Shown: positions 37,253 through 47,993, counted from the first letter of the stretch. The stretch: 64,000 nt of DNA from Halobacteriovoraceae bacterium (GCA_963719505.1 CAVRCF010000004.1:96001-160000); one strand, 5' to 3'. Program-made: numbers and translations. The notes: generated from the sequence alone by a model not told the origin.

Positions 37253-39124
37253 ATGATTAAAGCTCAAAACACCATAAATACCAATATTGAGTTCAAAAAG
37301 CATCTCTATAAGATAGTGAGTATGTTGCTGCTGTCTACATTTCTTCTCGTTCTTTACTCTCACATACAAAACAGCTTTCTCAAAGGCACAGTTGACTCGT
37401 TAGAGAAGAGAAATATTATCTTCCTTAACTTTATTACGATGAGACAACTCCAAACAGACATGGAGACTGGACTTCGAGGCTTTGTTATCGAAAAAGAGGA
37501 GGCTTATCTTGCTCCTTACACACAAGCTGAGTTGAGGCTTGACGTTTTAGAAGAAAAAATTTTTAAAGATTTGACGGATGAATACCTCCTCGCAAAGTAT
37601 TACAGGGATGTCATTGAGAAGTTTAACTCTTGGAAAAAATATTCAAAAGATATTATTGCTGTTGTTAAAGAAAATCCTGATCAAGCAGACAGGTATACGA
37701 AGCAAGGAAAATTACTTTTTGATGATTTAAGAATGGAGGCAGATGCGTTCGAGCGTGAACTCAATAGAGAGATCTTAATGAGAAGAGGGAAGCTCGACAG
37801 ATTTGATAAATACTCTTTAGGATTAGAGCTGGTCTATTCAGGTTTAATCGTTATTTTTCTAATCTACTTTTTGATAAAACAAATAAGAAATCTTATTTCA
37901 AATTATTCGACTTTATTGAAAGAAAACGAGAGAAACCTCAGGAAAATTGAAGATGCTTCTAAGGCAAAAGATCTCTTTCTTGCAAATATGAGTCATGAAA
38001 TAAGAACGCCTTTGGGAGCTATTATAGGCTTTTCTGAAATTGTGGCAAAAGATCCAGCCTTATCCCAAGAATCCAAAAGCCATATCAGTTTCGTAAAGCG
38101 AAATAGTAAACATCTTCTCAGCTTGATAAATGATCTTTTTGACATCTCAAAAATAGTTGCAAAAAAACTTGAAGTGAAAAGTGAACAAGTAGAGATTTCT
38201 ACTTTTGTTGAGGACTTGGATAATATGTTTGCAAGCCAAGTGAACGACAAAAAAATCGATCTATCTTTAAAGACCTCTAAGAATATTCCACAGATGATTA
38301 AAACTGATAAAACAAGGTTGACTCAAGTTCTTTCAAACCTTATTGGAAACGCTGTTAAGTTTACTCCGGAAAAAGGGAAGATTGATGTTCTTATCACTTT
38401 TGAAGATGAAAGTTTGATCGTTGACGTAATCGATTCGGGAATTGGAATTGAAAAAAGTCATCAGCATTTAATTTTTGAGGCTTTTAATCAAGGTGATGAC
38501 ACACATTCTAGACAATACGGAGGAGCAGGCTTAGGTCTTGCTATCTCTCAAAAACTTGCATCTTTAATTGGGGGAGATATCATACTCGTGTCCTCAAAAA
38601 GAAATGTTGGCTCTCACTTTCGTTTCGTTTTAGAAGTATCAGAGCGCAGCAGTGAGCGGTTAAACAGCGATGAAGTCTACAAAGATGATCATAGTCTTTC
38701 CAATTATGATAACTCAAACGTTTCACTTGTAAGCTATGACTTTTCCGAAAAAAAGATATTACTTGCTGAAGACTCAAAAGAAAATCAGATACTGTTTAAA
38801 GTCTATATAGAATCGACAGGTGCACAGTTGGAAGTCGTAGAAAATGGATCCGAAGCTGTGCGAAAGATTTTAAGTGGAGAAAAATTTGATTTAGTTCTTT
38901 TAGATATTCAAATGCCAGGGATGGATGGCTATGAGGCCTTGAAAATTTTAAGAGAGGCCAACTATGCCGGAAATATTATCGCTCTCACGGCGCATGCTCT
39001 CAAAGGGGTGCGGGATAAGTGTCTTAGACTTGGTTTTAATGATTACGTATCTAAACCTGTCACTCAACCCGCATTACTCACCAAAATAAACCTCTATCTC
39101 AGTGAAGAGGACTATCTCAACTAA
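37253..39124 (+). CDS. Hybrid sensor histidine kinase/response regulator (CHASE3-HisKA-HATPase-REC)
   Basis: DMETGLRGFV (CHASE3); FLANMSHEIRTPL; NLIGNAVKFT; GGAGLGL; LLDIQMPGMDG. Confidence 0.93.
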   Translation: MIKAQNTINTNIEFKKHLYKIVSMLLLSTFLLVLYSHIQNSFLKGTVDSLEKRNIIFLNFITMRQLQTDMETGLRGFVIEKEEAYLAPYTQAELRLDVLEEKIFKDLTDEYLLAKYYRDVIEKFNSWKKYSKDIIAVVKENPDQADRYTKQGKLLFDDLRMEADAFERELNREILMRRGKLDRFDKYSLGLELVYSGLIVIFLIYFLIKQIRNLISNYSTLLKENERNLRKIEDASKAKDLFLANMSHEIRTPLGAIIGFSEIVAKDPALSQESKSHISFVKRNSKHLLSLINDLFDISKIVAKKLEVKSEQVEISTFVEDLDNMFASQVNDKKIDLSLKTSKNIPQMIKTDKTRLTQVLSNLIGNAVKFTPEKGKIDVLITFEDESLIVDVIDSGIGIEKSHQHLIFEAFNQGDDTHSRQYGGAGLGLAISQKLASLIGGDIILVSSKRNVGSHFRFVLEVSERSSERLNSDEVYKDDHSLSNYDNSNVSLVSYDFSEKKILLAEDSKENQILFKVYIESTGAQLEVVENGSEAVRKILSGEKFDLVLLDIQMPGMDGYEALKILREANYAGNIIALTAHALKGVRDKCLRLGFNDYVSKPVTQPALLTKINLYLSEEDYLN

Positions 39125-39978
39125 TAACACATCACTTTAGATAACCTTGAGTAGAAAACTTTCTTTTCGCTACAGCTAAAGAGTCCGTGTTTTACACAAA
39201 TTTCTCTTGATTCCCCAGCGGGAATTGTGACCTGTCTCTCTCCACCAAAGAAGTTCTTTTTTTCTGTGACAACGCTTTTAGAGAACTCAAAGCTTCCAAG
39301 GGTCCAAGATTCAGGACAGTAGTAGTCGTCAATATTTTGAGTACCAGAGTTAAAAACCTCTAGAGGATTTATTGAAATAGGAGTCGTCTCACTGTCATAG
39401 TAATTTTCCCCTCTAAAAGAGCAAAACTTTTGATTCCCAATGGCTTTTACAACTCCTGACTTTTGTCTGAATACTTCTTTTTCGCAATCATCTTGTGAAT
39501 GAATTCCATTATGAAGAAGAACAACATCTCCCGCCTCGATAGTGTCATTAATAATATAGTGTAAAGTCACTGATGACTTGATTCCGTAAACATCATAAGA
39601 GACATCAATGCTTTGATCACCGGCTTCAACTACTGTATAAACAGCTGCGAAGCTACATGTTGCTCCAACTTCTAGAGTGTCAAAGCAGTTAAGTCTAGTC
39701 ACGTTTACTAGACTGGGGGCTCCAAAAAATTCGAACCCTAAATGATTCAAAGCTTTTGTTCCGGTGTTTTCAATTTTAATGACGATAATTTCGCTGCTAT
39801 CAAAATGAGTTTTCGACACACTTGCGGTAAATTTATCGTTAACACCCACAGTTTCATCAATAGTGTCTTCTGTTATACCAGGTGTAAGAGTGACAATCTT
39901 ATTATCTTTTGAGTCATCTACTTTTTTGCCACAACTAAAAAAAGTGAGAAATGTAATCAAAATTCCAATGCTTTTCAT
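39121..39978 (-). CDS. Hypothetical lipoprotein with Ig-like domain and Cys-rich C-terminus
   Basis: Lipobox FFSC; I.NTG...NC..TL.VGATCSF pattern of Ig-like domains; RBS aaggga. Confidence 0.65.
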   Translation of the reverse strand: MKSIGILITFLTFFSCGKKVDDSKDNKIVTLTPGITEDTIDETVGVNDKFTASVSKTHFDSSEIIVIKIENTGTKALNHLGFEFFGAPSLVNVTRLNCFDTLEVGATCSFAAVYTVVEAGDQSIDVSYDVYGIKSSVTLHYIINDTIEAGDVVLLHNGIHSQDDCEKEVFRQKSGVVKAIGNQKFCSFRGENYYDSETTPISINPLEVFNSGTQNIDDYYCPESWTLGSFEFSKSVVTEKKNFFGGERQVTIPAGESREICVKHGLFSCSEKKVFYSRLSKVMCY

Positions 39979-40014
39979 AACGAACTCCCTTGTTCATATG
40001 CTAGCTTCTATAGA

Positions 40015-40045
40015 GCAACTTCCGTGCCAATCTAAGGTGCTGATT
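40015..40045 (-). promoter_or_regulatory. Sigma54 (-24/-12) promoter plus IHF-like site for the lipoprotein gene 39121-39978
   Basis: Minus strand TTGGCACGGAAGTTGC (40030-40015) matches TGGCACG-N4-TTGC; AATCAGCACCTTA (40045-40033) matches IHF WATCARNNNNTTR. Confidence 0.8.
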
Positions 40046-40176
40046 TTATAATACATGATTATGCTTAGTGCCAAAAGGCGAACAGAATGCCCTGCTTTTA
40101 ACCTTTAAAGTCGGTGCCATTTAGGTTATGCTTCAGCTGTTAACCACCTGATTTATTTATAAAAAAAGGATAATTT

Positions 40177-42396
40177 ATGTCTTCAAAAATCATCTACACT
40201 AAAACGGATGAGGCACCAGCTCTCGCAACTCAGTCATTCTTACCAATTGTTAAGAGTTTTACAGCTCAAGCAGGTATAGAAATTGAACTAAAAGACATAT
40301 CTCTTGCCGGCCGCTTGATTTCAAACTTTCCTGAAAACCTAAACGATAACCAAAAAATTAGTGATGCTTTAGCTGAGCTTGGAGAAATCGCAAAAACGGC
40401 TCAAGCAAATATTATTAAACTTCCGAATATCTCAGCTTCAGTCCCTCAGTTAAAAGAGTGCATCAAAGAGCTGCAAGATCATGGATATAAGATTCCAAAC
40501 TTCCCAGATGAAGCTAAAACCGATGAACAGCAACAGCTTAGAGCTAAATTCGCCAAGGTTTTAGGATCTGCTGTAAATCCAGTTTTAAGAGAAGGAAACT
40601 CAGACAGAAGAGTTGCAGCTCCCGTAAAAGAGTTTGCTCAAAATAATCCGCACTCGATGGGACAGTGGTCAAAGGATTCTAAGTCACATGTAAGCTCTAT
40701 GAGTGAGGGTGACTTCTATGGCTCTGAAAAATCATATATTTCTTCTAAGGACCAAAAAGTAAACATCTCCCTTCATACAGGCTCAGGTGTTGTGGTTTTA
40801 AAAGAGGGGTTAAATATTCTTAAAGACGAAATCATTGATGCCAGTGCTATGAGCGCTAAGGCCCTTGACTCATTTTTCAAAGAAGAGATTGAAGATGCAA
40901 AAAACAAAGACGTTCTTTTTTCTCTTCATATGAAAGCGACGATGATGAAAGTTTCAGATCCTGTAATATTTGGTCATGGTGTTCGAGCATTCTATTCAGA
41001 CCTTTTTAAAAAGCACTCTGCTACTTTTGAAAAAGTTGGTCTTAACGTAAACAATGGAATTGGAGATTTATATAATAAATTTTCAAAAATGGATGCTGCT
41101 GAGAAAACTCAAATTGAAAAAGATCTAAAAGATCTCTACGCTAAGCGTCCCGCTCTTGCCATGGTTGATTCAGATAAAGGAATCACAAACCTTCATGTTC
41201 CAAGTGATGTTATTATCGACGCTTCAATGCCAGCGATGATTCGTACAAGCGGAAAAATGTGGGGTCCAGATGGAAAGGCCTACGATACAAAAGCGGTTAT
41301 ACCTGACAGAAGCTACGCTGGTATTTATCAAGCAACGATTGATTTCTGTAGAGAAAATGGAGCTTTTGATCCAAAGACTATGGGAAGCGTTGCCAATGTT
41401 GGACTTATGGCCAAAAAAGCTGAAGAGTATGGCTCACACGATAAGACATTTATTATCACTGAAGCGGGAACAGTAAAAGTAACGGGCGAAGATGAAACTG
41501 TGATTTTTGAACATACGGTAGAGGCCGGAGATATTTGGAGAATGTGTCAAACTAAAGATGTTGCAGTTAAGGACTGGGTTAAGCTTGCTGTCAATAGAGC
41601 GAAGCAAACTGGTGCACCAACTATCTTTTGGCTTGATAGTAAAAGGGCGCATGACTCTAATCTTATCAATAAAGTGAACGAATATTTAAAAGATTACGAT
41701 ACAGCTGGTTTAGAGATAAAAATTATGAATCCAGTTGATGCCACAATCTACTCTTGTGAGAAAATAAAAGACGGAAAAGATACGATCTCTGTAACGGGAA
41801 ATGTGCTTAGAGATTATCTTACAGATCTATTTCCAATCCTTGAACTCGGAACAAGTGCAAAAATGCTATCAATTGTTCCACTTCTTGCTGGTGGTGGGTT
41901 ATTTGAGACCGGCGCTGGTGGATCCGCACCAAAACATGTTCAACAATTTGAACAAGAAAATCATCTTCGATGGGATAGTCTTGGAGAGTTTTTAGCTTTG
42001 GGTGTGTCACTTGAAGACATAGCGATTAAAAATAACAATACCAAAGCAAAAGTTCTTGCAACTTCTTTGGATCAAGCAAATTCAAAGTTTTTAAAAACAA
42101 ATAAGTCACCTTCTAGAAAAGTGGGAGAGCTAGATAATAGAGGTTCTCATTTCTATCTTTCTCTTTACTGGGCGGAGGCGTTGGCCAATCAAAATGAAGA
42201 TGCCCAATTAAAAGAAAAATTTACTAAAATATTTAAAGACCTAAGTTCTCATGAATCTGAGATTGTTAATGAGTTAAATGCCGCGCAAGGGAAATCAATA
42301 GATATGGGTGGTTATTATCACACTGACGATCAAAAAGTTTCAAAAGCTATGCGACCGTCTGAGACTTTTAACACAATCATAAATGGTCTTTTATAG
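40177..42396 (+). CDS. icd: Monomeric NADP-dependent isocitrate dehydrogenase
   Basis: [59 protein letters not shown]; 739 aa. Confidence 0.97.
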   Translation: MSSKIIYTKTDEAPALATQSFLPIVKSFTAQAGIEIELKDISLAGRLISNFPENLNDNQKISDALAELGEIAKTAQANIIKLPNISASVPQLKECIKELQDHGYKIPNFPDEAKTDEQQQLRAKFAKVLGSAVNPVLREGNSDRRVAAPVKEFAQNNPHSMGQWSKDSKSHVSSMSEGDFYGSEKSYISSKDQKVNISLHTGSGVVVLKEGLNILKDEIIDASAMSAKALDSFFKEEIEDAKNKDVLFSLHMKATMMKVSDPVIFGHGVRAFYSDLFKKHSATFEKVGLNVNNGIGDLYNKFSKMDAAEKTQIEKDLKDLYAKRPALAMVDSDKGITNLHVPSDVIIDASMPAMIRTSGKMWGPDGKAYDTKAVIPDRSYAGIYQATIDFCRENGAFDPKTMGSVANVGLMAKKAEEYGSHDKTFIITEAGTVKVTGEDETVIFEHTVEAGDIWRMCQTKDVAVKDWVKLAVNRAKQTGAPTIFWLDSKRAHDSNLINKVNEYLKDYDTAGLEIKIMNPVDATIYSCEKIKDGKDTISVTGNVLRDYLTDLFPILELGTSAKMLSIVPLLAGGGLFETGAGGSAPKHVQQFEQENHLRWDSLGEFLALGVSLEDIAIKNNNTKAKVLATSLDQANSKFLKTNKSPSRKVGELDNRGSHFYLSLYWAEALANQNEDAQLKEKFTKIFKDLSSHESEIVNELNAAQGKSIDMGGYYHTDDQKVSKAMRPSETFNTIINGLL

Positions 42397-42908
42397 TGAA
42401 CGAAAAACTTCAAGAAGCCATTGAAATAGCTTTAGAGAACCAATATTGCGTTCAAGAAAAACACCTGCGCCATCTTTTAAACAACTGCTTTCTCATCGTG
42501 AGAGATTCAGCTGAAGAGAAGGGAGCGGATATGGCAGATGTACAATTCTTTGTCATGAAATTCTTTAAAGAACTTCCTAAAACTCTCAATGGTATTAAAA
42601 GAAGTGAACTCTATAAGAAAGGGGCAAAGCTTCTCTCTTTGATCTTTAATAAACTTGATGTGGAAGTTTCTGAAAAGGAATGTTTCGTTCTTTTTCACTT
42701 TAGAGACCTTGGTAAGTTTAGAACAAAAGAGGCCAAAGCTTTTAACGAGTTAAAAACTGAGTGGGGGCTCCATAAAGACTTTTCTTTAGACGAGCCCGAC
42801 TTTCTAGAAGCCGTTAGAGATTTAAAGAATCACGGCTTTATCAGTCATAGGCGAGGGGCTATCACTTTGAGTGAAGCCTGTGTCTTTAGATACAAGATGG
42901 TTGAGTAG
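42396..42908 (+). CDS. Hypothetical protein (possible C-terminal winged helix)
   Basis: GTG start overlapping the icd stop; 170-aa ORF. Confidence 0.6.
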   Translation: MNEKLQEAIEIALENQYCVQEKHLRHLLNNCFLIVRDSAEEKGADMADVQFFVMKFFKELPKTLNGIKRSELYKKGAKLLSLIFNKLDVEVSEKECFVLFHFRDLGKFRTKEAKAFNELKTEWGLHKDFSLDEPDFLEAVRDLKNHGFISHRRGAITLSEACVFRYKMVE

Positions 42909-42915
42909 GAGTCTT

Positions 42916-43482
42916 ATGAAAGCTTTATTGATATTTGTTTTTTCTTTTTCAGTCTTCGCCACCTCTGAACTTGTAGAGCTTGCAGATTATGTCAGTCAAA
43001 AAGTTTTTGAACAGGAAACGACTTTAAACCCCGAACAAAAAAGAGATATATACTCGAGGTTAGTTCAGGTTAAAAGTATTCTCAATAATCCCAATCAGAA
43101 AAGTTTATCATGTCTTAAGTACTCACATAACTATCAAGGTTACGCCCTAACGGATCTTGCTTTAAACCAAAAACTGTCCATACTTGTTGATAAAAATGAA
43201 TGTGACAGACTACTATCGACTCAACTAAATTCACTTGTTTGTTCAAAAGTTTCAAATACAACTCTTGGCTACAAAGTTTTCTCACTGAAATTAAACAGAA
43301 GCTTTGGAATTGGTTCATCTTTTGATAATTGTAAAAGAGCTATTTTAAGTCAAAGAAATGGGTATTTTTGCCAATATCAGTCCCACACTACCTTTGGCCA
43401 TATACTAACACTGATAAATAGCGGTGCTACTATAGGACAAAGACAAGAACTATCCGTCTGTCTTTCTCAAATACCTCGTTAA
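42916..43482 (+). CDS. Secreted hypothetical protein with Cys-containing repeats
   Basis: RBS aggag before ATG 42916; signal peptide; three repeats of C-x-x-x-S-x-x-x-x-G-[YH]...C. Confidence 0.65.
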   Translation: MKALLIFVFSFSVFATSELVELADYVSQKVFEQETTLNPEQKRDIYSRLVQVKSILNNPNQKSLSCLKYSHNYQGYALTDLALNQKLSILVDKNECDRLLSTQLNSLVCSKVSNTTLGYKVFSLKLNRSFGIGSSFDNCKRAILSQRNGYFCQYQSHTTFGHILTLINSGATIGQRQELSVCLSQIPR

Positions 43483-44532
43483 TCAAACCAAAGAGATATG
43501 CTTTTTAAAATGCGTTAAGGCCCTCGCTACTGGTCCTTCTTTCTCATTGAAATCGATAATGTAACTTTCTAATTGTGATGAGAAGTCATATGAGCTCTCT
43601 TTAGGTAGGATCGATGGCAAATTATCAATAGCTGTCAAAGAGGTCTGTTGTGTTATCTTAATAATTGGCTGTGATAACGTAGTTGCTTCTTCATATAATG
43701 GAACCATATTACAATCACTATCTGGGTCACAGCTAACATCACTGACCATTTTTAATTGATGACCAGAGCTTTGAATCATCTGCTTTGTTATGAAAGGTGG
43801 CATCGGCTTCATAGCTAAAACACAATTAACAAAAAGATCATGCTTGAGAATTTCTTCAAAGGGACCTCCTGCTTTAGTTTCTTCCATGTCCCATCCTGTA
43901 ATTTCCCAATCAAGAGAAGTTAAGAAGTCAAAGGCGCCAGTACCACTTCTACCTTTTCGACCTATTATGATTCCAGACCCTGGACCAGTAGTATTAGCTT
44001 TAACAAAACTTAAAAGATCTTTTTTATCTGGAAATTGTTTTTGGATATTTAATTTTTTTGTGACTTCAGTTGAGTCACTACATTTAGCGTAAAGAGCACC
44101 AAGAGCGGCACCGACAAAACCGGCCCAGTATCCAAAAGCGTTAGTTCTTCTTCCATTTTCATCGACCATGAATTCAAGATCTATAATCTTTCCGCCTCCA
44201 CTTTTGAACTTTGACAAAAGCTCACTCCAGCCCTCTTGTTCTTTATAGCAATGAGCGAAGTAGATATGGGTGTGTATATAGTTTAAGGGGGCTTCATCAA
44301 GAGCTTTTAGGCCAATGACGATAGTTTCTTTGGGAGAGTTTTGCCAAGAGTTTTCAGGTGCGATCTCGCATCCAACTTCTTTATAAAGAGAAGTCGGGAT
44401 GATTGAATCTTTCCAGTCTTCCACTGTAACTTTGTGACCAGCTTTAATGATTTTTTTACAGCTATCGGGAGTAAGGGCCCTTCTGAATTCGTTCTTCTTA
44501 GTTTCTGCTCGAAGCCAAAATGATTTACTCAT
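43483..44532 (-). CDS. Saccharopine dehydrogenase (NAD+, L-lysine-forming; LYS1-type)
   Basis: WLRAETKKNEFRRALTP, GLKAL, HIYFAHCYK.Q.GW, DLEFM.D..GRR..AFGYWAGFVG, DVSCD, IDNLPS.LP.ESS. Confidence 0.9.
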   Translation of the reverse strand: MSKSFWLRAETKKNEFRRALTPDSCKKIIKAGHKVTVEDWKDSIIPTSLYKEVGCEIAPENSWQNSPKETIVIGLKALDEAPLNYIHTHIYFAHCYKEQEGWSELLSKFKSGGGKIIDLEFMVDENGRRTNAFGYWAGFVGAALGALYAKCSDSTEVTKKLNIQKQFPDKKDLLSFVKANTTGPGSGIIIGRKGRSGTGAFDFLTSLDWEITGWDMEETKAGGPFEEILKHDLFVNCVLAMKPMPPFITKQMIQSSGHQLKMVSDVSCDPDSDCNMVPLYEEATTLSQPIIKITQQTSLTAIDNLPSILPKESSYDFSSQLESYIIDFNEKEGPVARALTHFKKHISLV

Positions 44533-45662
44533 AGATATTTCCTTTTTACTAATTCTTTTTCAAGATAGGGTTCAATGCTCCACTGTGCTTTAAAGTGCTG
44601 GTAAGCCTTCAGCGCTTTCTCTTTATCTTCAACTGACTTATTTGTCTTGATACATCTTAACAGAATATTCTTCGCTGTGTGTGCAAGGTCAATAAACTCC
44701 ATGGATTGAACTTTATAACCAAGACTTTCAAGAAGTTGTGTTCTCATTGTATCTGTAACTAGAGCACACATTCTGTCTCTAAAAATTCCATGTTTGAGTA
44801 AAACAGAAGACTTTTCATTTTCTAATTGCTTATTCAATTCGTGCTGGCAACAGGGCACAAACATCATTTTAGTTGCTTCGTTATCCAACGAGAACAAAAT
44901 GGCATCATCTGTTGCTGTATCACAGGCATGAAGTGTTATAACCAAATCAATTGATGACTTCACTTTAAAATCATGGATAAAGCCATGGACAAATTTTAAG
45001 TGTTCAAAATCTAGTTTTTTCGCAATAGCATTGCAATGATCGATAACTTCTTGCTTAAGATCAACTCCTACAATTGAAACATCTTTATTTTTTATATTTT
45101 TAAAATAATGATAAACAGCAAAAGTCAGATACGATTTACCACAGCCAAAATCCACAATATGAAAACTTTCTTGTTCTTCTTTTTTATAAAGATCATCCAG
45201 CATTTCTAGAAAACGGTTAATCTGTCTGAACTTCTTGTACTGATTCGATTTGACCTGCCCTTTGGTGTCCATGACTCCTATCTCAATAAGAAACGGGCAT
45301 ATCTCTTTATCAGGAATAAAGTAATTTTTCTCTCTATTATGAGAAGACGTTTTTAGAACGGTCTCTTTGGAGATAATCTTTGACTTATTTTTTTTGTTGA
45401 TAAGAACCTGATGTTCTAAACCAGAGGTCTTAATGAGAACTTGTTTAAAGTCATCAAGGTATTGAGAAAGGTTTAGATCTTTACGAGAAAGTGTCTTTAT
45501 ATCATTATGTTTTTGATGTCTAAACTCAACTTTGAATTCGTCTTTAGTTTTTAAAGGAGAAATAATAATGTTTTTTAATCCACCCTTTGTTTTTGGCGAA
45601 CTAAAACTCACTTGTACGAGGGAGTCTAGACTATCTTTTAATAGAGCTAAGGCTTTTTCCAT
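44529..45662 (-). CDS. SAM-dependent methyltransferase (Methyltransf_32-like)
   Basis: KFRQINRFLE, IVDFGCGKSYLTFA, LHACDTATD, PCCQHE, HTAKNIL. Confidence 0.88.
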   Translation of the reverse strand: MEKALALLKDSLDSLVQVSFSSPKTKGGLKNIIISPLKTKDEFKVEFRHQKHNDIKTLSRKDLNLSQYLDDFKQVLIKTSGLEHQVLINKKNKSKIISKETVLKTSSHNREKNYFIPDKEICPFLIEIGVMDTKGQVKSNQYKKFRQINRFLEMLDDLYKKEEQESFHIVDFGCGKSYLTFAVYHYFKNIKNKDVSIVGVDLKQEVIDHCNAIAKKLDFEHLKFVHGFIHDFKVKSSIDLVITLHACDTATDDAILFSLDNEATKMMFVPCCQHELNKQLENEKSSVLLKHGIFRDRMCALVTDTMRTQLLESLGYKVQSMEFIDLAHTAKNILLRCIKTNKSVEDKEKALKAYQHFKAQWSIEPYLEKELVKRKYL

Positions 45663-46393
45663 TACTCGCTGAATTCTTCAGAGTATTCCATATTATGATA
45701 GACTTTTGAAACATCATCATCATCCTCACAAAGCTCTACAATCGTTGCAACTGTATCATAGATCTCTTTAGAGCCTGCAGCTTTTGTCGTGAGAGGAAGC
45801 CTTTCTAGGGATGAATCTTCGATCTCTATTCCCAGCTCTTCGAGTTTTTTATAAATGTCTCCAAAGGCTTCGACTTCACTTTGGATAATAATTTCTCCAT
45901 CTTCTTTTTCAACTTCTTCTGCTCCAGAGTCAATGAGTTCCATCATTAACTCATCTGGATCTTGTCCTTCATCTTTAATAGTGAACATCGCTTTTCTTTC
46001 AAAGACAAATTGAAGACAGCCTTCCTTGCCAAGGGATCCACCTTTTTTATTAAAGTATGAGCGAACATTGGCGATCGTTCGGGTAACATTATCTGTTGCA
46101 GCTTCTACAAAAATCGCAATTCCATCAGGCCCATAGCCCTCATAATTTACATCTTTCCAGTCCGCTTGATCATTTCCGAGACCTTTTTTAATGGCACGAT
46201 CGATATTGTCTTTTGGAACGTTAGCTTTTTTACATCTATCAATGGCAACTTTTAAAGAAAAGTTAGATTCTACTTCGGGACCACCATTTTTGGCCGCGAT
46301 CGTAACCTCTTTAAGAGCTTTAGTATAAATTAAACTTCTCGCTCTATCGGCGGCACCCTTTTTACCAGCAATCTTCGCGGACTTTCGACCCAT
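45662..46393 (-). CDS. yebC: YebC/PmpR family protein
   Basis: NVPKDNIDRAIKKG, YEGYGPDGIA, TDNVTRT, DDDDVSKVYHN. Confidence 0.95.
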   Translation of the reverse strand: MGRKSAKIAGKKGAADRARSLIYTKALKEVTIAAKNGGPEVESNFSLKVAIDRCKKANVPKDNIDRAIKKGLGNDQADWKDVNYEGYGPDGIAIFVEAATDNVTRTIANVRSYFNKKGGSLGKEGCLQFVFERKAMFTIKDEGQDPDELMMELIDSGAEEVEKEDGEIIIQSEVEAFGDIYKKLEELGIEIEDSSLERLPLTTKAAGSKEIYDTVATIVELCEDDDDVSKVYHNMEYSEEFSE

Positions 46394-46800
46394 TTTATAT
46401 TCCTTATTTTCTTTGATTTTATTGAAGTTAATTATCTTGAATATAAGCGATTATGTAAAGATGTTTAGAGGACTTCACTTTCTTAAAAGACCTGAGATAG
46501 CTCATCCATTCACTTTAAACGATTGGGCCAAACTGAGAACAAAACAGCGCAGACTACAAAAATTTCTTGAGTTCTTAAAGGACAATTTTATGAACTTTTT
46601 TACACAAGATTAACTGATTTTGCTTCTGTGCTTAACTGGGTTGCTATTGCAGGTGATTTCTTTAGTTTCATAAGGAAAAACTTGTGTGGTGCGTTCGGCG
46701 CTTTGCATTGCGACTTTTTATACACTTGCAAGTTAGACATATACGATCGTAAAAAATTTTCATAGTTTCACTTCAATTAGATTATCGATGGGAGATAGAG

Positions 46801-47868
46801 ATGAGAGTTTTTCTTTTAGTTGCACTTATGTGCGCAAGTTTTACTGCTTTTGCTGACGAAGAAGCAGCTGGTGTTAGAACCAGTAAATGGGATGGATATA
46901 ATAATCCGTTTAGATTAGACGCAAATTTTGAAGATCGATTTAGTTCAATGCCACTTTCTGGAGACACATCCAAGTCTGGTTTTGGTTGGCCAGCTTATTT
47001 TTGGGCGAATGAAAAAGGTGGAATTGCTCAAAGATGGTCATCAAATGATCCCCAACATTTTAAATATGAATCACCAACTTTATACGCACTCCAGTCCATG
47101 AGCCCAGAGAAAATCAATGAACTCTCACCGGCTGAAAAATTCGATATCATGAATGGAAGATACGATTATCCAACAGTTGAAAAAGTTTGGGGACAGACAA
47201 GTAGAGGAGCGAAAGATTGGCATGGTATCTGTCATGGGGCAGCACCCGCGGGTCTTCACCACAAAGAGCCGTCAGCTAAAACGATTACTAATGCTGATGG
47301 AATTAAAATCACTTTTCACTCAAGTGATGTAAAAGCTCTTACTGCATATTACTACGCTAAGATTTCAGATCTTCCTTCAACTCAGATTGGGCGAAGATGT
47401 TTTATGGGAAGGTTTTCTCCTTTTAGAGGAAAGGGCTGCAAGGACGTCAATCCGGCTTCCCTCCATATCATACTCACAAATAGACTAGGACTTACTAGTA
47501 AAGGCTTTATCGCAGATATTGATAAATTGAAACAAGTTTGGAATCATGTTGCGGTAAAATACGAATCAAAAATTGTAGCGACATTTAAAGATCTTGATAG
47601 ATCTGTGGATGGAACTCATAGAAGAATTCAAGTTGTGACAAATGTTTCTTATACAGGTGGAGTTGATCCTTCTCAATTTGCAGTTCTAGGAACTGAGAAT
47701 GAGAAGTGGGATGTGAGAACCTATGAATACGTTCTTGATCTTGATGTTAATGATAAAATCATCGGTGGTGGTTGGATATCAAGCGAGAGACCTGACTTTA
47801 TATGGGTTAAGGGTAAAGAAACGTTCCTAGATACCTATTACGGTGCAGTTAAATCTCTATTGAAGTAA
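46801..47868 (+). CDS. Secreted transglutaminase-elicitor (GP42-like) family cysteine enzyme
   Basis: Signal peptide; W.AYFW, LSPAEKFD, WHGICHG, DVKAL, DVNPASLH, QVWNH, YEY.L.LD....IIGG.W....PDFIW. Confidence 0.75.
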   Translation: MRVFLLVALMCASFTAFADEEAAGVRTSKWDGYNNPFRLDANFEDRFSSMPLSGDTSKSGFGWPAYFWANEKGGIAQRWSSNDPQHFKYESPTLYALQSMSPEKINELSPAEKFDIMNGRYDYPTVEKVWGQTSRGAKDWHGICHGAAPAGLHHKEPSAKTITNADGIKITFHSSDVKALTAYYYAKISDLPSTQIGRRCFMGRFSPFRGKGCKDVNPASLHIILTNRLGLTSKGFIADIDKLKQVWNHVAVKYESKIVATFKDLDRSVDGTHRRIQVVTNVSYTGGVDPSQFAVLGTENEKWDVRTYEYVLDLDVNDKIIGGGWISSERPDFIWVKGKETFLDTYYGAVKSLLK

Positions 47869-47871
47869 TTT

Positions 47872-47981
47872 AAGCTGGATAAGAGAATAAGAAGTTTTAG
47901 ATAAGTTTTGTGAGATTAATAATATTCATTATTAATCGAAGAGCTTTTGAGGTGGGGTAGAAGAATTCTTCTATCCAGCTT
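47872..47981 (-). ncRNA. Candidate sigma54-dependent structured sRNA, copy 1 (~110 nt)
   Basis: Begins 13 nt downstream of the -12 GC; ~17-bp terminal stem, central bubble, perfect 10-bp hairpin with GAAU loop; paralog at 52138-52248. Confidence 0.65.
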
Positions 47982-47993
47982 ACTCTTTATAAA

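Noticed and set aside
46413-46613. 66-aa ORF between yebC and the transglutaminase gene
   Set aside because: TTG start without RBS, overlaps the likely yebC promoter, and has no recognisable features; cannot be supported
47872-47981. Identity of the repeated element as 6S, SRP, Y RNA or tRNA
   Set aside because: Too short for typical 6S RNA; lacks the SRP helix-8 GNRA loop motifs; no cloverleaf or T-loop; the resemblance is architectural only
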